NCBI RefSeq assembly: GCF_006345805.1 | Contig: NC_042998.1 | Coordinates: 6,510,001-6,574,000 of the forward strand | Reading direction: 5' to 3' | Length of the DNA stretch: 64,000 nucleotides | From: Octopus sinensis | Lineage: Eukaryota | Shown: positions 12,169-24,939 of the stretch, piece after piece | Layout: every line of letters begins with the position of its first letter | How positions within the stretch are numbered: the first letter of the stretch is position 1 | The notes under the pieces: generated by a model | Databases searched by the model: none | Seen by the model: only the letters and a program-made list of their open reading frames with translations | What the model was told of the DNA's origin: nothing | Program-made: the position numbers and the translations under genes

Positions 12169-13499
12169 GGGACAGGTACAGTTGTGAGGTTTACCAGTCT
12201 GCTTCCCTACCTCATGGTACCCACCATCATGAAAGTAGAATTGTGTGTGTGTGTGAGTTTAATTCAATACTGAACTGTGGTTTTGTTCAGTCGGTATTTC
12301 ACTCAACTGTACACATCAGCAGATTGTGAAGAAATGGCTGTTAATGGTATAAAATAACAAAAATTCCAAATTTCACTAATGCCATAGAATATGAAAAATC
12401 ACAAATTTTTATTTGCTTCATATTGATTGGTGGGATTCATATTCATAATGGGTTTCCAATTCTCTCAAATGTAAACTATATGTCACATGTGAAATTTTAA
12501 AATGTGTTAACAAATTTTTTTGTATTTCGTAGATACTGAGTATTTTTTTTTTACTTTTGGTTATTCTGTATTAAAAAAAAAATTTAATGTTTGAATACTT
12601 TTTTGAATTTTATTCCAAATAACTTGTTTATTTTCTTTAGTTCTCAGATGAAAAAAAAGTACCAGCAAATTAAAAAAAAAAGAGATTATTATTATCTTTT
12701 AATAAAGCAAACAGTAAACAATTGAAAGAAAATCCCACTTTGCGTGTTATCTATTGTAAACATTTCAAAAATTGTCCTTGTTTGAATGGTTTTAGCTCTA
12801 TTTAGTTCTCTACCACAGAAAAAAAATTCCATTTAGCAATTGTAAACATTAAGAAGTTTATACTAGTTTAAATAGCTTTATTTGTTATTTCAAACATTAA
12901 AAAATAACTCTCAGTACATTTGATGTAAATGTTTCTGCTTTAAACAAAATTTTTCCTCTTTTAAAGAAACATATTTAGCGTTAATTTTAAGGTACACTAA
13001 GATGAAATATATAGAAAAAACACAGCTAAAAATATAAATCTACTGGAACCTTTGGAGGTCAAATTTAGTCATAATTGTTCAGTGATTATTTACATTTGAC
13101 TACAAGAGTGACACATTGCCTATTGCACTGATGCAAAGAAATCTTCGTTCAATAAATATAATTTTCTATAGTTGAACATTATTTTACTATCATCCTCCAT
13201 AAATTTAAAGAAGATATTTGTTGTCATTAACGACAGCGCAAGCACAAAAGAAATCATTCTTCAAAATTATCCCTGACTTGGAATCATAGAATAGCAATCA
13301 ATAGTAAGCCAATAAAAATGAAAAGAAAAAAAATATCAAAATCTATTTGCGAATTTTCAAATATATTCTAAATAAATACTGAAGACATTTCGAGCAAATC
13401 AGTCAGGCTTGTGATCTGTATATAGCCATTAACTTTGAAAGTTGTATTAGTCTTTGGTCTTCTTGCTTCAAGAAGTTAAGTTACATTACATCCATCCCT

Positions 13500-13710
13500 T
13501 GTGGAGGCACGTGGCTTAGTGGTTAGGGTGTCAGCACCATGATCGTAAGATTGTGGTTTCAATTCCTGGACTGGGCGACGCGTTGTGTTCTTGAGCAAAA
13601 CACTTCATTTCATGTTGCTCCAGTCCGCTCAGCTGGCAAAAATGAGTAATGCTGCGATGGACTGGCGTCCCGTCCAGCTGGGGAACACATATGCCATAGA
13701 AACTGGGAAA
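13500..13710 (+). mobile_element. tRNA-derived SINE, family E (3'-truncated)
   Basis: Head GTGGCTTAGTGGTTAGGG...GGTTTCAATTCC. Relatives at ~23143-23420 (+), ~63200-63400 (+), ~2215-2560 (-) and ~56570-56885 (-). Confidence 0.75.
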
Positions 13711-14267
13711 CTCGCTTCCGCAGGATGAAAAATCATCAGCTAAGTTCCCGACCTGTTTCCTCTTTTCATTGTTTTTGCAAGCCTTATTATTATTGTATCC
13801 CCATCTAATAGCGTTATCGTTGTCTTTCGTCTCAAATGCTAGCTGAAGCATAAAAACTTTCACTCACAAAAACTTATTCACACCACCGCAAAGCATTTCA
13901 TCTCAACCCTGTCTTCTTTCTGCCGCCTAAAACCTCATCTCCCAATTCTCTCTCTCGCTATGTGGTGTGGTTCTCCCTCTGTTTTCACTGTCTCTCTCTC
14001 TCTCTCTCTCTCGGTATATATCTCACCTTCACTCGCTTCCGCAGGATGAAAAATCATCAGCTAAGTTCCCGACCTGTTTCCTCTTTTCATTGTTTTCGCA
14101 AGCCTTATTATTATTGTATCCCCATCTAATAGCGTTATCGTTGTCTTTCGTCTCAAATGCTAGCTGAAGCATAAAAACTTTCACTCACAAAAACTTATTC
14201 ACACCACCGCAAAGCATTTCATCTCAATCCTGTCTTCTTTCTGCCGCCTAAAACCTCATCTCCCAAT
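13710..14267 (+). repeat. Direct duplication of 237 bp (13710-13946 and 14031-14267)
   Basis: Both copies run from actcgcttccgcagg to cctcatctcccaat, with very few differences and an 84-bp (CT)n-containing spacer. Confidence 0.9.
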
Positions 14268-14833
14268 GCGCGGTGCGCCCGCCCTCCCGCCCCCACCCCC
14301 ACCCCCACCACCACTACCGGATATCTCTATATTTTGCGCCATCTATACCGGATGTCGCTTCTCCCACCACCATTATAGGTGTCTACTCTTCGAACCCCCC
14401 TCTTCAATACGCTATTTCACCATGCATTACCCCTCTCTCGATATCCTACATTCTACTTGCCTAGAACCTGTCATCATTTCTCTGAACCACCCCTCCCCAC
14501 TGGTGCTCCCCTATATTTCTGCACCCCACCCCCACACATAAAAAGCACCATCCGAACGTGGCCGATGCCAGACCCCTCTGGCACCTGTGCAGGTGGCACG
14601 TAAAAAGCACCCACTACACTCGCGGAGTGGTTGGCGTTAGGAAGGGCATCCAGCTGTAGAAACACTGCCAGACTAGACTGGAGCCTGGGGCAGTCCCGAG
14701 CTCCCCAGACCCCGGTCGAAACCGTCCAACCCGTGCTAGCGCGGAAAACGGACGTTAAACGATGATGATGATGATGATGATGATGATGCAATATATATAT
14801 ACACACATATACATATATATACACATATATATG

Positions 14834-14867
<34 letters not shown>

Positions 14868-15209
14868 ATATATATGTATGTACGTATATGTGTGTGTTTA
14901 TGAGTGTGAACAAGACCATTTGTGTTTGTGTGTGTATGTATATTATAGAGCCTGCACAAGACTCAATAAAGGAGTTAATATGTATGACATGAAGTTTTGA
15001 AATGTTTGCTTTTTTTCCTTTTCCTTTTCTCCCCCATCACCACCACCACCTCAACATCAGTTCAAATGAAAATCATTCTCCAGAGTCTTGAGTCTTATTA
15101 TGAATGTTTGTCTTGCAACTTCTAGCACGTAGGCACTAGAGAATTGAGCTTGGTCTGACCAAGTTTCATTTGACAACTTACATATGCTAAACATACATGG
15201 GATCTTTAC

Positions 15210-15296
15210 CTTTTGACCGACAGACATAGAAAACAACTTCTTGCAGCTAAACGCCTCCAGACCTCGGACACTGGCAGAATGCGTCATACAAAACAT
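15210..15296 (-). CDS. Candidate first coding exon (MFCMTHSASVRGLEAFSCKKLFSMSVGQK)
   Basis: Lies just downstream of a CpG-retaining non-repeat island (15300-15450). Donor AAG/GTAAAG at 15209 and alternative GTAAGT donor at 15181. No homolog recognised. Confidence 0.3.
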
Positions 15297-15549
15297 CTCT
15301 CACCCTTAGCGCCCCTAAGAAAAGTTTACACCTACGAAGCTATTTCGTAGCGAAGCTGTCGCACTTCGGCAACTTCAACCAATCAATGACATGTATTCGG
15401 CTGAATGAAACTACTGCCGCTGCCCGTCAACAACAAACTTCCAGCGGTGCACATTTCATTTGTCACTGTTATTTATGACATATTTCATCTCAGTTAGGTT
15501 TGTATGAATAATACAATACAAGATAATGCAAGATTAATTCTCAACAATT

Positions 15550-15990
15550 CTCTTTTATTCTCTTTTACTTGTTTCAGTCATTCGACTGCAGCCATGCTGG
15601 AGCACCGCCTTTAGTCGAGCAAATCAACCCCAGGATGTATTCTTTGTAAGCCTAGTACTTATTCTGTCAGTCTCTTTTGCAGAACCGCTACGTTACAGGG
15701 ACGTAAACACACCACCATTGGTTGTCAAGCAATGTCGGGGAACAAACACAGACACACAAACATATACACACACATATATACAACGGGCTTCTTTCAGTTT
15801 CCGTCTACCAAATCCACTCACAAGGCTTTGGTCAGGCCGAGGCTATAGTAGAAGACACTTGCCAGGGACTGAACCCGGAACCATGTGGTTGGTAAGCAAG
15901 CTACTTACCACAAAGTCACTCCTTTGCCTATACTTAAGACACAGCCACTTTATGCCTATACTTACCACACAACCACTCCTACGCCTATTG
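15550..15990 (-). mobile_element. SINE family A
   Basis: Antisense copy with a rearranged, duplicated head. Confidence 0.8.
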
Positions 15991-16465
15991 TTAATAAATA
16001 AGGATTACATTTGACACAGTAATCTGAATGCTGAAGGGGTTAATCTAATGTTTGCTCGTTTACTGAGTGTACAGGACTTTTAACCCTTTAGCATTTAAAC
16101 CAACCATATCCAGCTAAAATATTCTACTAGCCAGATCTGTCATATCACACCTACCCTACAATGTTATTTTGAACATAAACAATCACATCACCAAAATCCC
16201 GATGCTACAAGATAATGGGCTAAAGATTTTTTTTCTTACAAGCTGGTATGCTGGCATAGAGAATAATCAGCCAAAATACTTGGGTACTTACTTTCGGACT
16301 TCCCAGGCTAATCACCATTTATGCCAGGTGTCAAAAAACCAGCAACACCCAACCAGTGGCAGAATACAAGAATTAAACTCAGAAAGCACAAAAACAAAAC
16401 AGATGTCACAAAGCCTCATGTCTGCTGCTCTAACATTCCATCAGTCCATCATATCAGACTGGTAA

Positions 16466-16835
16466 TCATCATCATCATCATCGTCGTTTAACGTCCGCTT
16501 TCCATGCTAGCATGGGTTGGACGGTTCAACTGGGGTCTGGGAAGCCCGAAGGCTGCACCAGGCCCAGTCAGATCTGGCGGTGTTTCTACAGCTGGATGCC
16601 CTTCCTAACGCCAACCACTCCGTGAGTGTAGTGGGTGCTTTTTATGTGCCACCGACACAGGTGCCAGACGAGGCTGGCGAACGGCCACGCCCGGTTGGTG
16701 TCTTTTACATGCCACCGGCACGGAGGCTAGGCGAGGCTGGCAACGGCCACGATCGGATGGTGTTTGTTACGTGCCACCAGCACGGAGGTCAGTCGATGCG
16801 GTGCTAGCTACGGCCACGTACGGATGGTTCTCTTA
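16466..16835 (-). mobile_element. Family B retroposon
   Basis: (CAT)n tail and GTGCCACCGGCAC subrepeats. Confidence 0.8.
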
Positions 16836-17114
16836 ACCCAAAAGGATGGCAGGTAAAGTTGACTGAAATGGGATTTGAACTCAGAAGGCAGCAAACATGA
16901 ACAAATACCACAAAGCATTCCATCTGATATATTCAAATAATAGAATATCTAGAAGCATCATTCTCCATCTCAGACAGCATTTATGGATCAACATTTTTTT
17001 GTAGCCACAGGATTTCATGGATTACAATTAACCATTGGATCCACTTTTCTGCGAATGTGTTTAATATAAAATCTAATAAACCTCTTCTCGTTCTCTCACA
17101 ACTTTGGATTCGAA

Positions 17115-17590
17115 GCACAGCTTGATACTGACACTTCGTAGATGTAGTATGATTATTTTTATGACAAAGGGCCTCTTGCTCAGAGTGAAAGGTAGAGTGT
17201 ACGATGCATGTGTGCAAACTGCCATGCTTCATGGTAGTGAAACCTGGGCTGTGACTGCGGAGGACATGCATAGGCTTGAAAGAAATGAAGCTAGTATGAT
17301 CCGCTGGATGTGTAATGTCAGTGTGCATACAAGACAGAGTGTAAATGCCCTGAGAGAAATGCTAGAGACATAAGAAGCATCAGATGTGGCATGCAAGAGA
17401 GACGTTTGTGCTGGTATGGTCATTTACTACAGATGGATGAAGAGAGATGTGTGAAAAAGTGCCACTCCCAAACAGTTGAAGGAATCCGGGGTAGAGGTAG
17501 ACCCAGGAAGACATGGGATGAGGTGGTCAAGCATGATCTTCGAACATTGGGCCTCACAGAGGCAATGACAAAAGACCGAGACTTCTGTGA
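17115..17590 (+). mobile_element. RTE LINE C-terminal ORF fragment (pseudogenised)
   Basis: KGRVYDACVQTAMLHGSETWAV...ERRLCWYGHL...GRGRPRKTWDEVV, with a stop or frameshift between the two ORFs. Confidence 0.85.
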
Positions 17591-17639
17591 CTGCGAAGAC
17601 CCGACAAATAACATGAGTTCATGGCTGTTTCCTGCCAGC

Positions 17640-18067
17640 CCCAGCCCATCAAAAGTACCTCGGTTCGCAGGATGGCCTGCTGTGCTTGAGGAGACCTATT
17701 GAGTACATCAACATCAAAATAAAAATCAAGTGGAAATTGTAGTTGTGATACCTGTGCTGATGGCACGTAAAAAGCACCATACAAACATGGCCAATGCCAG
17801 TGCCACCTTGACTGGATTCCGTGCCGGTGGCACGTAAAAAGCACCAACTAATCATGTCCATTGCCAGCCTCCCCTGGGACCTGTGCCGGTGGCACGTAAA
17901 AAGCACCCACTACACTCACGGAGTGGTCGGCGTTAGGTAGGGCATCCAGCTGTAGAAACACTGCCAGATCAGACTGGAACCTAGTGCAGCCTCCTGGCTT
18001 CCCAGACCCCGGTTGAACCGTCCAACCCATGCTAGCACGGATAAAGGACATTAAACGATGATGATGA
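17640..18067 (+). mobile_element. Family B retroposon
   Basis: GTGCCGGTGGCACGTAAAAAGCACC subrepeats ending in a (GAT)n tail. Confidence 0.8.
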
Positions 18068-18339
18068 TCTTGTAGCTTTGAGAATGTGGCAATGTAACTT
18101 AATTTTTAGAATGACATGGTCGGATTGGTGTTTGAGACCAGATCTGGCTGGTTTGAACATAAAACAGGATACGGCCAGTTTAAATGCTTAAGGCATTTAA
18201 TGGCAAATGATATGAAAAAAAAAGTTTGCTTATTCATACAAATACAGAAAATGACGTAACAAATAAGAAAAATACTTCAAATTTAGTGAGACAGATAAAA
18301 CATATATTGAGATATTCATGTGTAATATTCAAGATAGAA

Positions 18340-18800
18340 TCATCATCATCATCGTTTAGCGTCCGTTCTCCATGCTAGCATGGGTTGGACGGTTCTACTG
18401 GGGTCTGTGAAGCCAGAAGGCTTCATCAGGCCCAGTCAAATCTGGCAGTGTTTCTACAGCTGGATGCCCTTCCTAACGCCAACCACTCCGAGAGTGTAGT
18501 GGGTGCTTTTTACGTGCCACCCGCACAGGTGCCAGACAGAGCTGGCAAACGGCCACGAACGGATGGTGCTTTTTATGTGCCACCGGCACGAGGGCCAGGC
18601 GAGGCTGGCAACGGTCGCGAAACGGAAGGTTCTCTTACATGCCACCGGCACTGGTAACACATCTGCAATTTCCATTGATCGATTTCCATTCTGATCCTCA
18701 CTTGCCTCAACGGGTCTTCACAAGTAGAGTTTTGCGTCCCAAGAAGGGAAGGTATGCATACGTAGGCCGGCTCCATCCCATGTAGAAGGCCACGGGTTAT
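18340..18800 (-). mobile_element. Family B retroposon
   Basis: Tail-to-tail with the 17640-18067 copy. Confidence 0.8.
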
Positions 18801-19407
18801 GGATCAATGTTTACTTTCTATATCAGTAAACATATCTCGTTTCCTTTTCAAAGATTTTTGGGGGTTAAAACTCAGGAGAGAATACAAGTGTTTTTTTTTT
18901 GTATCTGATCACATATGTGCGCAAGCACACACACACACACACACACGCACACACACATGCAACAGCTTTTTTGTATCAGTTTTGTTTATCTAATTTTTAC
19001 TTTGAAAATCATGGCAGTTAATTCATTCATAATTTTCCCATCATAAAAGTGCAGAATAAAAAAAAAAAAGAAAAGACATAAAATATTATTCGCATATTTC
19101 ACATTTTCACATGTGACACATTTCACAATGGGAAAAATAAAAAGCCATTTTGAAAATGAATCAATATGGAGTATATAAAAGAGAAAAGGACACATTAATG
19201 TATATATAATATTTTTTTTTTAAACATCATATGTGAAATTTCAATTTTTGTTAACAAAATTTAATGTTGTGATATGTTGTTTTCATCATTTTCCTTTTTT
19301 AAGAATGCTTTAAATATGAAAAAAAAACCTAATAAAATACATGTTTTTTCCTATGTTTTGCAAATAATTAAAAAGGTTTCACTTAACAGCAAACAGCTTT
19401 AACTTAA

Positions 19408-19630
19408 CCCTTTAGCATTTAAACTGGCCATATCCGGCCAAAAGTATTCTGCCTGTTTTATGTTCAAACTGGCCAGATCTGGTCTCTCACACCAACCCTA
19501 CAATATCGTTTTAAAAATTAACAGCTACCTCATCAAAATCTCAAAGCTACAAGATAATGCATGATTAGTTCAAAACAAAGTGGATAAAAAAAGGGATTAA
19601 TTTTGGTAGAATAATGCGAACACTAAAGAG
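19408..19630 (+). mobile_element. piggyBac-type MITE, family 1
   Basis: TTAA|CCCTTTAG...CTAAAGAG|TTAA. Partial relatives at ~16082-16210, 20510-20720 and 23450-23905. Confidence 0.7.
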
Positions 19631-20810
19631 TTAAACACCAAGAAATCATGTTTAGATATTAATTTTGGTAAGCCTTAAAGAATCACATTTAGTTTTTTTT
19701 TTTTATATTTTGTAAATGTAAAATAAAAAAATGATGAATTTTCTGTGATAAAATTAGCAATGTCAACAATCAAGCAAGTTTCCTGTAGTTCTCCCATGTC
19801 AGAATGAAAAAGAAGCATGATTACAATTCAAATACACAAGTATTCAGATATAACGTGCATTGGGTTTTACTAAATCTAAAAATTATGAGTCCGCACTCTT
19901 TACTCTTTTTACTTGTTTAAGTCATTTGACTGTGGCCATGCTGGAGCATCGCCTTTAGTCGAACAAATCGACCCCAGGACTTATTCTTTGTAAGCCTAGT
20001 ATTTATTCTATCGGTCTCTTTTTGTTGAACCGCTAAGTTACGGGTAAGCAAACACACCAGCATCAGTTGTCAAGCTACTTACCACACAGCCACTTCTACG
20101 CCTATTCACAACTACTAAATGGTATTAAATTTTTTCTTTCCCAACCCAAGTGTGTAACCTGAAGTAGGTTATATCTATTGACCAAGTAAGCTGAATTGCA
20201 ATGAAGAGTTTAAAACTAAAGCATTCATATTTGTTGTCAAATGTATGGCTCTTACATTGCTTTGAATTAATCAAACATTACCTTGTAGCTTCAAGATTTC
20301 AATGGTGTGTTTGTATATTTTTAGAATGACATTGTTGGGTAAGTGTAAGAGGTTGGATCTGGTCAGTGTGAATATAAAACAAGTAAATTATTTTGCCCGG
20401 GTAAGGCTGGATTAAATGCTGAAGAGTTAAAACTAAAGCATCACATTTTTTTCAATACACTACTAGATAAAGTCACAGTTCTTTAGTTGAATACAAGATT
20501 TAAACTTTTAAGCATTTAATCCAGCCATACCTGGCCAAAATATTCAACTTGCTTTATGTTCGAATTGGCCAGATCTGGTGTCTTGCATCTAGCCCACAAT
20601 GTCATTTTGAACATAAACAATTACATCATTAAAATCAAAAGGTTACAAGATAATGCTTGATTCAAATCAATATGAATAAATAAGCATTACATTTGACAGA
20701 GTAATCTGAATGCTAAGGGATTTTTAAAAAAAGGTGGGTGGGGGGAGCAGACTGCTTGCTACATAGCTTCTGAATCATACACTGAACTTTAAATTCATCA
20801 CATGCATTAA

Positions 20811-21032
20811 CCCTTTCGTTACCGTATTTATTTTGAGATGCTCTGTGCTTCTTTCAATTATTTGAAATATAACAAAGAATTTAGTAAAATAACTTAGTCA
20901 TCAATAAGCTTAGTGTTAGGATCATAAATTGTGACTAAACTTTGGTGAAAGATTTTAATTCAAAACTTATGAAAACAAGACATTTGTACTATAGAGCCAG
21001 AGCCAGTTTCAGCCAGGTTGGTCACGAAAGGG
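20811..21032 (+). mobile_element. piggyBac-type MITE, family 2
   Basis: 13-bp TIRs CCCTTTCGTTACC / GGTCACGAAAGGG (12 of 13 match), with TTAA on both sides (20807-20810 and 21033-21036). Confidence 0.85.
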
Positions 21033-21477
21033 TTAAAACAAATACAAACACACAGAGCAAGGGTGCAAATGATTGAGTGAAAAAGGGCAGATTGGTCATG
21101 TCACTGCAAAGTAGATATGAATACCGACATTCATACCAACTTATAAATACTAACATTCATGTTTATTATCAAACAAAACTTGATGATGTCACACAGAGAA
21201 ACTGAGAGCTTGGTTGCCACAGTGGCACCAGTGAAATCACCAAGTAACTTACAAGACAAAGAATGCAAAAATGCTCCCACAACCAAGTGGGGGGGGGGGT
21301 GCAGTAGAAATGGAGATAGATTTATGTTAAGTGTTGAAAGGTTAAAATATGATAAAGGGACAAGGACAGCTGCCTTGCCGTAGAAGGGGCAGATTCACTA
21401 TATAAAGGTAGGTGGGAATAATTAGAGAGAGAGAAAAACTGAAATGAAAATTATCAGAACATATACGCTTTTAATTG

Positions 21478-21815
21478 TTTGTCATTTGACTGCGGCCATG
21501 CTGGAGCACCGCCTTTAGTCAAGCAAATCGACCCCAGGACTTATTCTTTGGAAGCCTAGTACTTATTCTATCGGTCTCTTTTGCTGAACCTCTAAGTTAC
21601 GGGGACGTAAACACACCAGCATCAGTTGGCAAGTGATGTTGGGGGACAAACACACACACATATATATACATATATACGACAGGCTTCTTTCAGTTTCCGT
21701 CTACCAAATCCACTCACAAGGCTTTGGTCGGCCCAAGGCTACAGTAGAAGACACTTGCCCAAGGTGCCACGCAGTGGGACTGAACCCGGAACCATGTGGT
21801 TAGTAAGCAAGCTAC
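21478..21815 (-). mobile_element. SINE family A
   Basis: Antisense body match. Confidence 0.8.
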
Positions 21816-22514
21816 TCAACAGGAAATTCTTAATTTCAAATCAATTTACTTGGTAAAAAAACCAATGATCTATGCGGATTTCTGTTTGACTTTCAGTAAA
21901 ATTACCGAACGTATATACAATTGTAAATGAATATTTGACATAAAAATAACTTTACAAAAATCAGTTTCATTCATGAAAGTGCATTTTATCAATCAACTGA
22001 GTTTTATCTCTGTTTCGCACCAATTATGCAACATCAAAACAAATTTTTATTCCAGTCGGAAATTCCATCTTCTCTTAAGTATATTTTTTTTTATGTATGT
22101 GTGTGAGGGTTTTTGTTTTTTCCCCCCACCAGATTTTACATCCATTAAATAACAGGAAAAAAAAAGGGAAGTAATTTACAACTTAAATAGAGAATTGTGC
22201 TTGATAAATAGATTAACAGTTTTCACTTCCTCTAAAAAAAAAAAAAAAAAAATTGCTAAGTTTCATTCTGTGTAACAAAATGTTACAACAATAAAGTTGA
22301 TGATGATAGTGAAGAAAGTAATATTAATAATAATTTGAACAGTCACTGAAATGTGTGACTGAACATCCGCAGCAATTTTGGAAACATTTGATAATATATA
22401 AATACTAATGGATTTACATTAGTATCTTCATGTATGCACATCTTCATAGTATTTCTCTGATCACACTGCTTTTTCAAAAATGACTGATGTTTATGACTAC
22501 ATGCATATATATTT

Positions 22515-22845
22515 ATGTATATATACATATGTGTATGCCGGTGGCACGTAAAAACCACCATCCGAACGTGGCCGATGTCAGCACTGCCTTGACTGGCTTC
22601 TGTGCCGGTGGCACGCAAAAAGCACCAACCGGTCGTGGCCACTGCCAGCCTCCCCTGGCACCTAAAAAGCACCCACTACACTCACGGAGTCGTTGGCGTT
22701 AGGAAGGGCATCCAGCTGCAGAAACACTGCCAGATCAGACTGGAGCCTGGTGCAGCCTCCTGGCTTCCCAGACCCCGGTCGAACTGTCCAACCCATGCTA
22801 GCACGGAAAACGGATGTTAAACGATTATGATGACGATGATGATGA
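22515..22845 (+). mobile_element. Family B retroposon
   Basis: Subrepeats plus (GAT)n tail. Further copies at ~14555-14788, 23570-23860, 26345-26605, 35093-35430, 36790-37050 and 59843-60118. Confidence 0.8.
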
Positions 22846-23949
22846 TATGTGTATATCTACATTATATGCACATGTCGTTTGACCCCTCAGTCCTCCTATT
22901 ATCTAGGTGCTGTAGTTAATGTAGTCAAATAGTGTATGGTTTGGAAGATTCTTCCTTTGGTGAATGAGGGCAGGGTTTAAGCTCATTACATCACTCGGTT
23001 TAATACATCCCCTCTTGGGCCTTGAATACCGGTGATTGCTCAGTAGCCAACATTAAGACATGGCTCCTGTCTTTATGTTATCAAGAATTCAGTGAACAAC
23101 ACCCTCCAAACTCACTTTATGGTCAAGAAGTAATACTAAACCCTCAGTAGTTACAGCATCAGGCTCGCAATCAAGAGGTAGTGAGTTCAGTTCCTAGACT
23201 GGACTGGGTGTTGTGTCCTTGAGCAAGAGACTTTATTTCATGTTGCTCCAGTTCACTCAGTCGTAGAAATGAGTTATGCCAAACTGTATCGGCCTTTGCC
23301 TTTCCCTTGGATAACATTAATTGGAGAGGGGTGGCTGATATGCATGGGCGACTGTTGGTCTTCATAAACAACCTTACATAGACTTGTGCCTGAGAGGGGA
23401 ACTTTCTAGGTGCAAACCCATTATTTTTTGGGCCAAGCTAATCATTCACCTACTTTATGTTCAAAACAGCCAGATCCAGCCTCACACACCTACTCTATGT
23501 CATTCAAAAAGAAACAATCACATCATTGAAATCTCATAGCTACAAGATGATGCATGATTAATCTAAAACGTGGCACGTAAAAAGCACCATCCGATCGTGG
23601 CCGTTGCCAGCCTCGCCTGGCCCCCATGCCGGTGGCACGTAAAATGCACCACTCGACCGTGGCCAGCCCCGTCTAGCACCTGTGCCAGTGGCACATAAAA
23701 AGCACCCACTACACTCACGGACTGGTTGGCATTAGGAAGGGCATCCAGCCGTAGAAACATTGCCAGATCAGACTGGGCCTGGTGCAGCCTTCTGACTTCA
23801 CAGACCCCAGTTGAACTGTCCAACCCATGCTAGCATGGAAAGCGGACGCTAAATGATGATGATTGTGAATACATCTGACAAAGTAATCTGAATGCTAGAG
23901 GGTTAAGCCCATGCAGAATTCTCCCTTCTCTAGTAACCATTGATTCCTA

Positions 23950-24400
23950 TCCAACTTAGACACCCCACACACAGGTACACATCACCGTTTATAGACAAAC
24001 CACACATTCTGTTGTCCTCCAAGACACTATCACTGTTTATCTATGGTCTGTCTCTGCTGACCAGGTTCCACTCTATACTGTAGCTTCACTCTGAACAATA
24101 GGGTCAATGCATCTGTAGATATTCTTCCTGTTATTAAAGAACAAAGATTTCCACTTACTTCCCACCTCTAAATATATCTCAAGAGTTCCCTTCACCACTT
24201 TATATAAATTTACTTTCTCAACCATTCTATAAATCCATCAATCAACAACTCTTCAACCATATCTCTTCATTTGCAGAAGACAGTCATCTCACGTAATTCC
24301 ACGCTCTGAAGACATCAACCACAAGACTACTCACAACTCCATTTGTCTCTCATACTAATCCCACACTAAAGTGCCAATGCAGAAACTGAATCTTAACAAT
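23950..24400 (+). mobile_element. Degenerate CR1/L2-like RT fragment
   Basis: By-eye translation gives HISSFAEDSHL, resembling IHSFADDSTL around the catalytic motif. Confidence 0.45.
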
Positions 24401-24674
24401 CTTTAACTTATTTACTCTTTATTTTATGGCACAAACTTCTTGTCTTCAAATGCTTTAAATTAAAGCCTTCTGTCAAAATTTTATGATAGTTCCAAACACC
24501 AGCTTTTTGAGGAGAAGGTTAGTTTATTAGATTTGTCTTTTTAGAAATTAACTGAAACAAAAATGTATTTCAAGAGAAATATGGAGACAAATAAGTTAAC
24601 TCTCTACATCAATAATTAGTTTCATGCCCTCTGTATATCCCTGACTGATGCACAGCCACTCCAAACATCCTTAA

Positions 24675-24896
24675 CCCCTTTGATACCAACCTGCCTGAAA
24701 CCATCTCTGGCTCTATAGTACAAATGTCTTGTTTTCAAAAGTTCTGACTTAAAATCTTCCACAGAAACTAAATCACAATTTATGTTCCCAACATTAGCTA
24801 AATGATAACTAAGTCACTTTACTAAATTCTTCGTTATATTTAAAATTAATTGAAAGAAACACTAAGTGTTTCGATAGAATTAAGGCAACAAAAGGG
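24675..24896 (-). mobile_element. piggyBac-type MITE, family 2, opposite orientation
   Basis: Antisense match to 20811-21032. Flanks are TTAA and TTTA. Confidence 0.7.
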
Positions 24897-24939
24897 TTTA
24901 TCTCTCTCCCTCCCCTCCTCCAAATTTAATCCCTACCAA

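Noticed and set aside
13500-13580. tRNA-like heads here and at 25532, 50996 and elsewhere
   Set aside because: They have A/B boxes but continue into SINE bodies and lack a complete cloverleaf, so they are not tRNA genes.
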